Under the pieces are notes generated by a model. That model worked only from the letters and a program-made list of their open reading frames with translations. It was not told where the DNA came from and searched no databases. A DNA stretch of 38,343 nt. It comes from a virus. Lineage: Duplodnaviria > Caudoviricetes. The translations under genes and the position numbers were made by a program. This document shows positions 26,701 to 33,799 of this stretch, one piece after another. Position 1 is the stretch's first letter, and every line of letters starts with the position of its first letter. Where the stretch lies: IMG/VR virus record IMGVR_UViG_3300011339_000343, positions 1-38,343 of that record, one strand, 5' to 3'.

Positions 26701-27988
26701 TGCCGTCTAGTTCAGCATCAATAGAACGCCGAATAGTATCCAGTCTTAAATCTTCGTATGCGGCTTCTTCTTTGACGCGCATGTTATATACTTCTTCTAC
26801 TTGATCTAGCTCAATACCAAAAATATTTTGCGGTTTACCTTCCATGCGCCCTAGCGCTCGGTGAACCTGCACCAGTTCGTTTAGTTGTGTATTTACCAGA
26901 TCAATATCGCTAGCAAACTTTTTGGCGTTATAATCTGCAATTTCAATTTGTTGTGCTGTTATGCCAAAAGGATTGCGGGCTCCGCTGTTTTCTATACGAC
27001 CGAGAGCTTCTTGCACCTTATCCATTTCGGCATTAAATCGACGTAACTTGTCATCTGCTACGTCCAAACCGAGGGCGCGTGTAAAATCTGTAGGTTGTTG
27101 TGAAATGCTGGCTATTGACTGCTCAACAGCGGCCATTTCATTACGTCTGATGCGTTCGTTTTCTTTACCACGTTGAGTTACGTTGTAAGTATTAGTAGCC
27201 CGATTTTCTACGGATTGAGGACGCAGACCTTGTGCCTCACGGGCTAGATCAGTAATAACTTGTTGTTCTGCTCGCTGAACTTTAAGAACAGCAGCAAGTT
27301 GATTTGCAGCTGTAACAGCTTCTACTGTAGTAGAATGGTATTCACCTGCTTGATACGTAGCATCTTGAAGTTGCTTGTTTAGTTGATTTAATGTTGATCC
27401 TTCAATAAGATTTTCAAATGCTGTTTTTGTAGCATTAACTTCTGTTTTTAGACCTGTAAGTTTTGAAACAGCATTGGCAATAGCTTGCGTTGCCTGTTTT
27501 CCTACGGCAGTGTCAATAGCTGCTCCAAGTCCTACTGCCGCAGAACTTGCTTTTAGTATTTGTGGTGCAAATGCCATAGCAGCAACTGCTGCTAAACCCA
27601 TTGCATTAGGTACTTGACCTATCTGATTTAGTATGTCTCCAATAAGAGCTGGAGCGCCACCTAAAGAAGAACTGAATGCTGCACCAGCTGCTTTGACTGC
27701 TCCTGTAAATGGTCCTAAATTTGATGACGCCGCAGAAATAGATGTGCCAAGCTGGCCTGCACCAAGTACTGCTCCCGCAAATAAACCCCTAGAAAATATA
27801 TTTCTAACTTCAGTGCCGACATTTTGAGCTACATTTCCAATACCCCTAATTCCAGCTTCTACGGAACCTGTGTTTATAGTGCCGGCTGCACGTGAAAGGC
27901 TATTTAGTTTGTCTTGTAGCTGCTTGAGTTGGGATTCAGCCTGTTTGGTGTCGGCACTGACTCTTATCTTGGCGTCGTAATCAGCCAT
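23750..27988 (-). CDS. tape measure protein (1412 aa)
   Basis: Long A/Q/L-rich helical ORF after the chaperone; C-terminal FASGGIV..PTLF...GLMGEAGPEAIMPL. Confidence 0.93.
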   Translation of the reverse strand: MADYDAKIRVSADTKQAESQLKQLQDKLNSLSRAAGTINTGSVEAGIRGIGNVAQNVGTEVRNIFSRGLFAGAVLGAGQLGTSISAASSNLGPFTGAVKAAGAAFSSSLGGAPALIGDILNQIGQVPNAMGLAAVAAMAFAPQILKASSAAVGLGAAIDTAVGKQATQAIANAVSKLTGLKTEVNATKTAFENLIEGSTLNQLNKQLQDATYQAGEYHSTTVEAVTAANQLAAVLKVQRAEQQVITDLAREAQGLRPQSVENRATNTYNVTQRGKENERIRRNEMAAVEQSIASISQQPTDFTRALGLDVADDKLRRFNAEMDKVQEALGRIENSGARNPFGITAQQIEIADYNAKKFASDIDLVNTQLNELVQVHRALGRMEGKPQNIFGIELDQVEEVYNMRVKEEAAYEDLRLDTIRRSIDAELDGIDVVFNARKKTNMAALKDFDKRLQGREETKKGRQRTVENVALGAGFPLLFGGGAGAVLGGAAGGLYQGNPMMSVVTSAIGTLVDQFVAGVLTMGASVNDLIGNFEALKTAMVFTNKEQEYQIKLLIDSGRVQEAANQVQERLIDIIGSSGLQALSEAGKASDELSRTWAEFSLQMQAFVAGPLAAFIKEISKTLGNINQQNKQAQTFQDVTTLYRQLNKEGKTKQAEQFATNVQKARTASASEFMADPVVLTDNVRKQIDIYKQFLKNKGKENAQLTQQDIDNVLKKNQELYVTLAEAERAQQDTKRQNAEQYFDLVLSLQRQQADLNQQYERRAQDMRIANQQKQLDLVKEKGNLEIQQAQNQATRTQIALGGGTGLTAEITAALDKYSIEVKRINGEAANAQEQAKLDLIRLDIDNERFKLDNAKTIARTNYDNQVKIQRINDQIARQNAELNRKNYEQTIQTAAIELSNIRAGAQAEIATAKANLTLSNVTKDQLAFWQTIIDGFSKVVTETETAKTQIAQGYIKPSSLPSMAAAPALAQPSTAGIDAQTKAAKKLTEQFNALAQARKKVNTEEAALALTQTVLQSVTQFEAQTKAINDEIAVRKLRNRLALEGVAPEIIEGEIRVFELTRQITETTKALDGALEKLLPAKLQNTNESYAAAVAYLAELEVLGQLTPAQEELRKKLQEILDLRKALQDATPGAVQDAKGAAAKQVQTPVEKIEGRIGELKKELAELTNLGNIAISVADGIGNAFGNAFKGLIDGSMTAREALSSFFKDVASMFLDMAAQIIAKQMTMIILQTILKALGAVTGGGGKISDLNAPASINNPLGNLGNVGGAYAKGGVFGNGISKFASGGIVGSPTLFKFANGGTTQTGLMGEAGPEAIMPLSRGAGGKLGVNASGLREAMGGAPGMGGSPVLNMSFETTRFGDTDYVSRDQLEAAMAQTRRDASRDGAKRGMSMTLDRLQQSPQTRSRVGLR

Positions 27989-28024
27989 CGACCATGTAGC
28001 TTGCGTTCCAACAGTCTACGCAAT

Positions 28025-28049
28025 AAAAAGCCGCCGTGGTTAGCGGCGG
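28025..28049 (-). terminator. intrinsic terminator after the frameshifted chaperone ORF
   Basis: CCGCCG-N7-CGGCGG followed by CTTTTT on the - strand. Confidence 0.7.
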
Positions 28050-28572
28050 TGTCTAGCATCCTGCATTGCCTTTTCCTGGTCCTCGTTAAGGATCACGAAA
28101 TAGGCGCTCCAGCCGAGGAGTTCTTCGGCTGTCATTGTGGACCGGACTGCGGAAAGAGTTAGGCCCAGCTCCTTGGCAACGCCAAATTGGAGCATGAGCC
28201 AACTGTCTTTCCGCAGTTCGGCGCTTAGGATTTTGGGTCGATGGGCTCGGAATCGTCGGTCAGGATTGCCAGCATCAGAGACTGGAGATCCTTGTCCTTG
28301 ACTTCGTTTTTCAGGACGTCGATTTCGCCAGTGCTGAATAGTTTGGTGCCGTTTTCGTCGCAGGCTTTCTGGATCAGAAGCTGCAAGGCAAACGCATTGG
28401 CATCATCAGACTTGGCGTTTTTCTGGGCGCGTTCACGCTCAGCCATCGTCAAGGGTGCCACCCACATTTCAAATTGGCTGCCGTCGCTTAGCTCCACCAG
28501 CTTTTTGCTGGGTTCGAGATTGGCGGCTTTGCGCAGGCGGTCGATTGCGCGAACTGGAATTGAGGCGGGCAT
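28040..28572 (-). CDS. tail assembly chaperone, -1 frameshift extended form (G-T type, ~177 aa)
   Basis: -1 frame after CCCAAAA reads ILSAELRKDSWLMLQFGVAKELGLTLSAVRSTMTAEELLGWSAYF...RHRR to TAA 28040-28042. Confidence 0.85.
28225..28572 (-). CDS. tail assembly chaperone (short form, 115 aa)
   Basis: Between major tail and tape measure genes; ends ...IDPKS. Confidence 0.88.
   Translation of the reverse strand: MPASIPVRAIDRLRKAANLEPSKKLVELSDGSQFEMWVAPLTMAERERAQKNAKSDDANAFALQLLIQKACDENGTKLFSTGEIDVLKNEVKDKDLQSLMLAILTDDSEPIDPKS
28231..28237 (-). other. -1 ribosomal slippery heptamer C CCA AAA
   Basis: X XXY YYZ in the correct phase, one codon before the stop. Confidence 0.85.
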
Positions 28573-28614
28573 ACACGTGTCGGGTGTGTTGTTTTACTGT
28601 AGCGCAGTAGTCAT

Positions 28615-28643
28615 AAAAAAGCCCCAGCGGTGAGGCTGGGGCT
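28615..28643 (-). terminator. intrinsic terminator after the major tail gene
   Basis: AGCCCCAGC-N6-GCTGGGGCT stem with a T6 tract on the - strand. Confidence 0.85.
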
Positions 28644-28664
28644 CGGTTCCCGACTGTCTGATTA

Positions 28665-29438
28665 TCAGGCAGTGGTCAGGAAGTCGAAGGTGGGGGTGGA
28701 TGCGGGGCGGAAGCTGATCGAAACGGTTTGAGCGTTGTCGGGGTCGATGGTCATCGAGGCGTTGGTCAGGATGGCGTCCATCGCAATCGAGCGGCTCTTG
28801 GTTTCGTCAACCGTGGTGCCGCTGCTGATGATGCGGTTGGTGTACAGCTTGAAGGCTGCACCACCCTGTTGGCGCTGGAGCACGTCTTCGATCATGCGGT
28901 TAGCAAAAGCAAAGTCGTCATCAGCCATGTACACGGTGCAAGAGCCGGTACCATCACCGAAACCGGCAACGTAGTTTTTGAAAGGGACGTACTGACCGGG
29001 GGTCTGACCAATGGTGGTGACGTCGATTTCAGCGCGGGTGATGTCAAAGGTCCAGTCGCGGACTTGGCCCACCACAGCAAAATCCGAGTAGTAGGCCTCG
29101 AATTTGTTGGGGCTAACTGCCGTACCTTGGGTGGTGATCGTGATGACCGAGCCACCGAGGGTGGCGGAAACGGTCAGCACACCAGTAGCTGCAACGTACC
29201 CGATCACGTAGTACAGGGTGCCAGCGGTGATACCAGCAGGCAGGGTGCCAGCGGGGGTGCCACCGGCTTGGTTGACGACGCGGAATTTGACGGGATCGCC
29301 AACTTTGAAGTTGAAGTAGGAACCGACGTTGAGGAGGGCACCGGCAACGGTGACATCAGCAGGAGCAAAACTGGCGGTGGTGCCAGCGGGCTTGTAGTAG
29401 AGGGCGCCGGACGTGCCGGTCAGAACAGTAGTGGCCAT
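28665..29438 (-). CDS. major tail (tube) protein with inserted beta domain
   Basis: VRDWTFDITRAEIDVTTIG...KNYVAGFGDGTGS; own terminator; precedes chaperone and tape measure. Confidence 0.9.
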   Translation of the reverse strand: MATTVLTGTSGALYYKPAGTTASFAPADVTVAGALLNVGSYFNFKVGDPVKFRVVNQAGGTPAGTLPAGITAGTLYYVIGYVAATGVLTVSATLGGSVITITTQGTAVSPNKFEAYYSDFAVVGQVRDWTFDITRAEIDVTTIGQTPGQYVPFKNYVAGFGDGTGSCTVYMADDDFAFANRMIEDVLQRQQGGAAFKLYTNRIISSGTTVDETKSRSIAMDAILTNASMTIDPDNAQTVSISFRPASTPTFDFLTTA

Positions 29439-29510
29439 GGGAATGTTCCTAACAGGATGAGCAGTGGGGCGGGCACTGCCCGGCTTCTAATAGGTTAGCG
29501 CGTATCTAAC

Positions 29511-29942
29511 CTAAGTTAAAACCGTGGCAGTGAAGGATGTATCCATCCGGCCCATGAAGAGGGGCGCATCTTCTGTTGCTGAAAATGTAGGTCCGTTGAG
29601 TGATCCGCATCGAAAAAATACGCCAGTTCCGCTCTTAGCCGAACTACTGAGATTTTCCAATACATTGACGGCTGTGGTTAGTAGGGTTTGGTTGCGGGCT
29701 GGGCCTTTACCTTTTTCCGTAAAAATACGGATGATGATGGCGCCACGAGCATTGTCCACACTGCTTGTGAGCGTAGGATCGTTGGTCAAACCAAAAGTAA
29801 CGTTGACGCGAACGTACTCGGTGGTTGCATTGGGTGGTGCAGCCGTGATGTTGTCAAAGTAAACGGGTACCGCAGGCACCAAGGCACCAAAGGCCGTCAG
29901 TAGCGGATTTTCGACTGCGGCGCGGATGGCTTGGTAGTTCAT
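29511..29942 (-). CDS. tail terminator-like protein
   Basis: VPVYFDN...YVRVNV...GAIIIRIFTEKGKG; synteny. Confidence 0.75.
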   Translation of the reverse strand: MNYQAIRAAVENPLLTAFGALVPAVPVYFDNITAAPPNATTEYVRVNVTFGLTNDPTLTSSVDNARGAIIIRIFTEKGKGPARNQTLLTTAVNVLENLSSSAKSGTGVFFRCGSLNGPTFSATEDAPLFMGRMDTSFTATVLT

Positions 29943-30478
29943 GCGAAACCTTTAGGTTTGAAAACCTTAAATGCATTGCTGACACTAAAGCGTAGGTCTT
30001 TTTGCAATCCCCCACCGCTAACGTAGGTCGGGTACCAATCAAGAGGTGCTGTACGCCGGTTATTCTTGTCTTGACCAATATTATCCAGTTCACCACGAGC
30101 CCCCGATACTGGCCTGGTGCCATAAGTAATTTCGGATTTTACAGTTTTAGGTGGTAATTTAGTAGTTGGATCAAATGATACAAAGTCCAGTGCCTGATCA
30201 GCGTAATACATACTATTTTGAATTGTGTATAGGACGCCATTACGAAACTTGGTAACCGGAACATCATTTAATTTGTAAGAATAAATAGATCCTTCTCCTC
30301 TTGGACCTCCCGTACTTCCACCTTCAGGAATGGCATACCAAGCAGATGAAAGTTTGCCGGTCCACGCAGGTCCGCGTTGAGCAAGACTGTTCATAATGTT
30401 AACGCTGGCTTTTTGTGCTGCCTCTGCAGTAGCAACTTTTACGTCAGTTATTAGATACTTCAGGTCGCGTACTGCCAT
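29939..30478 (-). CDS. neck/tail completion protein (HK97 gp10-like)
   Basis: GPAWTGKLSSAW...IQNSMYYA motif; synteny. Confidence 0.7.
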   Translation of the reverse strand: MAVRDLKYLITDVKVATAEAAQKASVNIMNSLAQRGPAWTGKLSSAWYAIPEGGSTGGPRGEGSIYSYKLNDVPVTKFRNGVLYTIQNSMYYADQALDFVSFDPTTKLPPKTVKSEITYGTRPVSGARGELDNIGQDKNNRRTAPLDWYPTYVSGGGLQKDLRFSVSNAFKVFKPKGFA

Positions 30479-30855
30479 TACTGGGGCCTCGCAATGACGG
30501 TGTGGAGGATAGGGGTTTCGCCGCGATAGCTGGTGACGCTGATGATCTTGGCCTCGCGGGTTGTTCCATCCTGCTGATACTGGAGGCGATCCAGCTCGCT
30601 GGGGTAGTAGCTGCCGAGTTCTTCGGTGCCCATGATTACCTTGATATCGGTGGCTTGATACAAACCTTCATATTCGCGGGGATTGACACGGCTGATGACG
30701 GCTTTGACAGTGACCGGCGTGTCATACCCAGATACAGCACCAGTTGTTGGGTTGTAGGTGCGAGATTTGCTGGTTTTTAAGTAGGTGATGTCGTGGCCCC
30801 ACTTGGCCAGAATTGGGGCGGGAATTCCAGCAAAAGTGGAGTCGATCTGGGACAT
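30478..30855 (-). CDS. head closure protein
   Basis: KWGHDITY...TYNPTTG pattern; synteny. Confidence 0.7.
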   Translation of the reverse strand: MSQIDSTFAGIPAPILAKWGHDITYLKTSKSRTYNPTTGAVSGYDTPVTVKAVISRVNPREYEGLYQATDIKVIMGTEELGSYYPSELDRLQYQQDGTTREAKIISVTSYRGETPILHTVIARPQ

Positions 30856-30856
30856 A

Positions 30857-31384
30857 TCAGCCTCTCACCAAAGGAACTTGGTAGTTGCCGGAGCCGCCTT
30901 GGCAGTAGGGGCCAAGATATGCCTGCAGCCAAGGGTAGACGTCGAAAACGTTGTTGATTGTGCCAGCAGATTGGCTGTTTTTGTTGTACTTGACTTTCAG
31001 GTCGCCTAGTTCGACTTGCTCGTAGAGGCCCGTGCCAGTCGAGTTGATGATGGCGCTGGTGTCGTTGGCTAGGGCCCGTGCCAGCTCGTAGGTGGCGTTC
31101 TTGATGGGTGTTGGGATCAATGTGCAGGCGAGGTCCACGCCGTCCACTGTGAAGCTGTCACGGGGCCACTTGAGGGCTTGGGTTGTGGTGCAGCGGTTGC
31201 CGTAGTAGGTCAGGCCATCGAGCCAGCCGGTGGCGGAGATCAGGGCGCGGTTCTTTTGGTCGTCGCTTTTGCTGGTCCAGGTACTGGAATCTGGTACCGT
31301 CTCGAAGTACGTGTTGGCTTGGGCCAGCGTCACATACGAGTTGGCAGCAGAGCCGCTTAGGGTAGCGTCGATGACTGCAGCCAC
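30857..31384 (-). CDS. head-tail adaptor (DnaT-like domain family)
   Basis: ANSYVTLAQANTYF...RALISAT.WLD...QALKWPR...IKNATYELA. Confidence 0.8.
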   Translation of the reverse strand: MAAVIDATLSGSAANSYVTLAQANTYFETVPDSSTWTSKSDDQKNRALISATGWLDGLTYYGNRCTTTQALKWPRDSFTVDGVDLACTLIPTPIKNATYELARALANDTSAIINSTGTGLYEQVELGDLKVKYNKNSQSAGTINNVFDVYPWLQAYLGPYCQGGSGNYQVPLVRG

Positions 31385-31405
31385 GGCCTATACACAATAC
31401 TTTTC

Positions 31406-31585
31406 TTAAGTGTAGCGCTGAACTCTGCGTGGTTTGCGTTGGCGGATAGGCTCCAGCAAACTGGCGTGGTACACCTCAATGCCCTGCATCTCGAATTCGG
31501 CGGAGGCTTCCAGGTGTTCGCCGTATGGAATGTCAACATACGAGTGTTTGTTATCCTGTAACAGAAAGAACCGCACCAGTTTCAT
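31406..31585 (-). CDS. hypothetical protein (59 aa)
   Basis: MKLVRFFLLQDNKHSYVDIPYGEHLEASAEFEMQGIEVYHASLL...; start shares CATG with the + strand gene. Confidence 0.6.
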   Translation of the reverse strand: MKLVRFFLLQDNKHSYVDIPYGEHLEASAEFEMQGIEVYHASLLEPIRQRKPRRVQRYT

Positions 31586-31853
31586 GCCAGTCAGAAAGAG
31601 TGTTGATGCCGCCAGCGTAGAAGAGCCCCAATCAACGGCGCTCGACTTCACCGTGGTGCGTCAGTGGAGTGATGTGGCGGCGGAGATTCAGAAGCTGCGC
31701 CAGGCGGGTGTCTCCGTTACTGAGATTGCGGATCGATTGCAAGTGAACTATGTGCTGGTGAATCAGTGCGTGCTCCAGTCGTACAAGATGCTGATTGATT
31801 CGGTACAGGTGTTTCAGGCCCAAGAGGAGAAACGCCTGAATCCTGAAGGTTGA
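31584..31853 (+). CDS. HTH protein (89 aa) on the opposite strand within the late region
   Basis: AEIQKLRQAGVSVTEIADRLQVNYVLVNQ HTH pattern; ends at the bidirectional terminator. Confidence 0.75.
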   Translation: MPVRKSVDAASVEEPQSTALDFTVVRQWSDVAAEIQKLRQAGVSVTEIADRLQVNYVLVNQCVLQSYKMLIDSVQVFQAQEEKRLNPEG

Positions 31854-31862
31854 TGGCTAGGC

Positions 31863-31895
31863 AAAGAAAAAGGCCCCCACTGGGGGCCTCTTTTT
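31863..31895. terminator. bidirectional intrinsic terminator between capsid gene and HTH gene
   Basis: A-tract, AGGCCCCC-ACT-GGGGGCCT stem, then CTTTTT. Confidence 0.9.
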
Positions 31896-31908
31896 ATGGT
31901 TACTGAGA

Positions 31909-33012
31909 TCAGTAAGTGGTGGTATCGAAGGGGGTGTTGACCAGCAGGCGGGTGATGGGCACCATTTGGGTGGTGTTGTAGGCGAGGGCCCAGCTGCCGG
32001 TGGCGGCCAGTTCGCCAGTGCCGGTGCCGTTGGCGGGGTTGTCGCCATTCGCGGCCCAGCGGGTACCACCGACGTGGTAGCCGTAGTGGTAATCGACGGC
32101 AATCACGTCCTGCATCGACAGAATGTTGCGATCTGCAGCCAGACGCAGGTCCTGCTGAATGCCCTCAGAAATCACACCCGACTTGAACAGGTACACGGGG
32201 TACTTGCGCAGGTGGGTGGAGGTGCCACCACTCAGGAAGCCGATCTGGTCATCCACCACGACACGGAGGCCGCAGAAGTAGGCCACATCGGTACTGGTCA
32301 GACCCACGCCGCCGCCACCCCAGCTCACTGCACCAGCAGCAGCCAGGGCAGAGGTCGAGAAGGTCAGGGCGCCGACCTGCATCAGGTACGCATACACATT
32401 GCTGTGCATGGCGATGGTGTCGAGGTCATAGCCGCGCTCACCCAACAGGTTGCGAGCCGCGATCACGTTGGCAGCCGAGGCGTAGTTGGCCTCCGTGGCG
32501 GTTGTGGTGCCGGTCTTGTTGATCTGGTTAGCGCCCAGGACGCCAGCGCCGGAGATCAGACCGAACAGACCGTTCAGTTGGGCCAGCAGGGTGGCGGTCT
32601 TCAGCTTGTTGATCGCAGCGGTCAGCTGGCTGCGGACATGACCGAGGGGGTCAGCGCCAGAACCGAGCTGGGACAGATCATCGGCAGCGTAGGCAAAGCC
32701 ACGGTGCAGGATGGTCATGATTTGGCTGTCAGCAGCCGTCTTCTGCGGGGTAAGGTAACCAGCAGTTGAGGTGCCCCAGTTAGCTGCGGAGGTGATCCGC
32801 TCTTCCGTGGGGTTGATGGGGTCAAAGAAGGGGACTTGGACGCGGGTGCCGCCAGCGCGGGCATCCAAAGCAGCGTTACGAGAAACGATGCCAGATTGGA
32901 TCCACTTGGACTGGAGGAAGATGCCTTCAGCGGTGTACTGAAGGAACTCGGGGCGCGTGATCAGATCCGACAGGAATGTACCGCCGGAATAGTTAGCAAG
33001 GTTGGCAGACAT
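31909..33012 (-). CDS. major capsid protein (367 aa)
   Basis: After scaffold, GGAG SD, strong codon bias, own terminator; IAMHSNVY, GLRVVVDD, YPVYLF motifs. Confidence 0.92.
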   Translation of the reverse strand: MSANLANYSGGTFLSDLITRPEFLQYTAEGIFLQSKWIQSGIVSRNAALDARAGGTRVQVPFFDPINPTEERITSAANWGTSTAGYLTPQKTAADSQIMTILHRGFAYAADDLSQLGSGADPLGHVRSQLTAAINKLKTATLLAQLNGLFGLISGAGVLGANQINKTGTTTATEANYASAANVIAARNLLGERGYDLDTIAMHSNVYAYLMQVGALTFSTSALAAAGAVSWGGGGVGLTSTDVAYFCGLRVVVDDQIGFLSGGTSTHLRKYPVYLFKSGVISEGIQQDLRLAADRNILSMQDVIAVDYHYGYHVGGTRWAANGDNPANGTGTGELAATGSWALAYNTTQMVPITRLLVNTPFDTTTY

Positions 33013-33056
33013 TGGATTGCTCCAGTGGGGTTAGTTAGCGGGGTGCCCCACAGGGG

Positions 33057-33764
33057 CTAGGCGCCGGCCTCGGCTTTCAAGAGGCGGGCCATGTCGGGAT
33101 CCTTGCCGAGAAGGATCATCTGTTGAGTTACGTTCCAGGCATCCTTTGACCAAGGATTGGTTTGACCTGGGACGGCGGAAGGGCGGGCACTGCCTGCAAC
33201 TCCCATACCCGAACGGTTGGTGGCCGAGAAGTGATGCTCGTAACCACTGCCGGGATTTTTTAAGTTGGCAATGTAATCACCAACTGAAACTTCCACACCT
33301 CCGGCGACAGCCACGGGCTGTCCATCTTTGGTGCGAAGGTTGTCCTGCAACAAACGATAGAGCTGTTCGGGAGCAACTGCACCAGCGCTCGAAAGCTGAG
33401 CAATAGCCGCCGACTTGATCTGCTCTTTGGTGAATCCCGTGCGAATTTCTTCGATGGTGGATTCTTTGGCGCTTAGCTGTTGCTTGAGATCAGCAACAGT
33501 TTTCTGGGCTTCTTCCCAGAGGGTTTTGTATTCGCCGGTTTCAGCCAGCTTCTGGGTTTTGGCCTGCTCCTGCGCCACTCGAATCTCTTCGAGTTGCGAT
33601 TGGAGTTGTTCCCGTGCCTCTTTGTCCTTGCGACGTTCACCGATCAGTTCGGCGTTCTTGGCCTTGAGGGCTTCGATTTGGATCGCAAAGTCCGGGGTTT
33701 CAGCCACAGGCTGAGACGGGGTTGGCTCCACAGGAGTTACTTCCGTTTGTTGAATTTCGGGCAC
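33057..33764 (-). CDS. capsid scaffolding protein
   Basis: Coiled-coil E/K/Q-rich (LKAKNAELIGE, GEYKTLWE); C-terminal SGMG...NPWSKDAWNVTQQ; between portal and capsid. Confidence 0.88.
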   Translation of the reverse strand: MPEIQQTEVTPVEPTPSQPVAETPDFAIQIEALKAKNAELIGERRKDKEAREQLQSQLEEIRVAQEQAKTQKLAETGEYKTLWEEAQKTVADLKQQLSAKESTIEEIRTGFTKEQIKSAAIAQLSSAGAVAPEQLYRLLQDNLRTKDGQPVAVAGGVEVSVGDYIANLKNPGSGYEHHFSATNRSGMGVAGSARPSAVPGQTNPWSKDAWNVTQQMILLGKDPDMARLLKAEAGA

Positions 33765-33799
33765 GGCAATGTGTTACATGGACGTATCTACTTTAGCAC

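Noticed and set aside
28728-32769. Long antisense ORFs 28728..29498 and 31966..32769 (also 19581..20306, 11872..12417)
   Set aside because: Shadow frames opposite strongly codon-biased structural genes; no independent motifs or start signals
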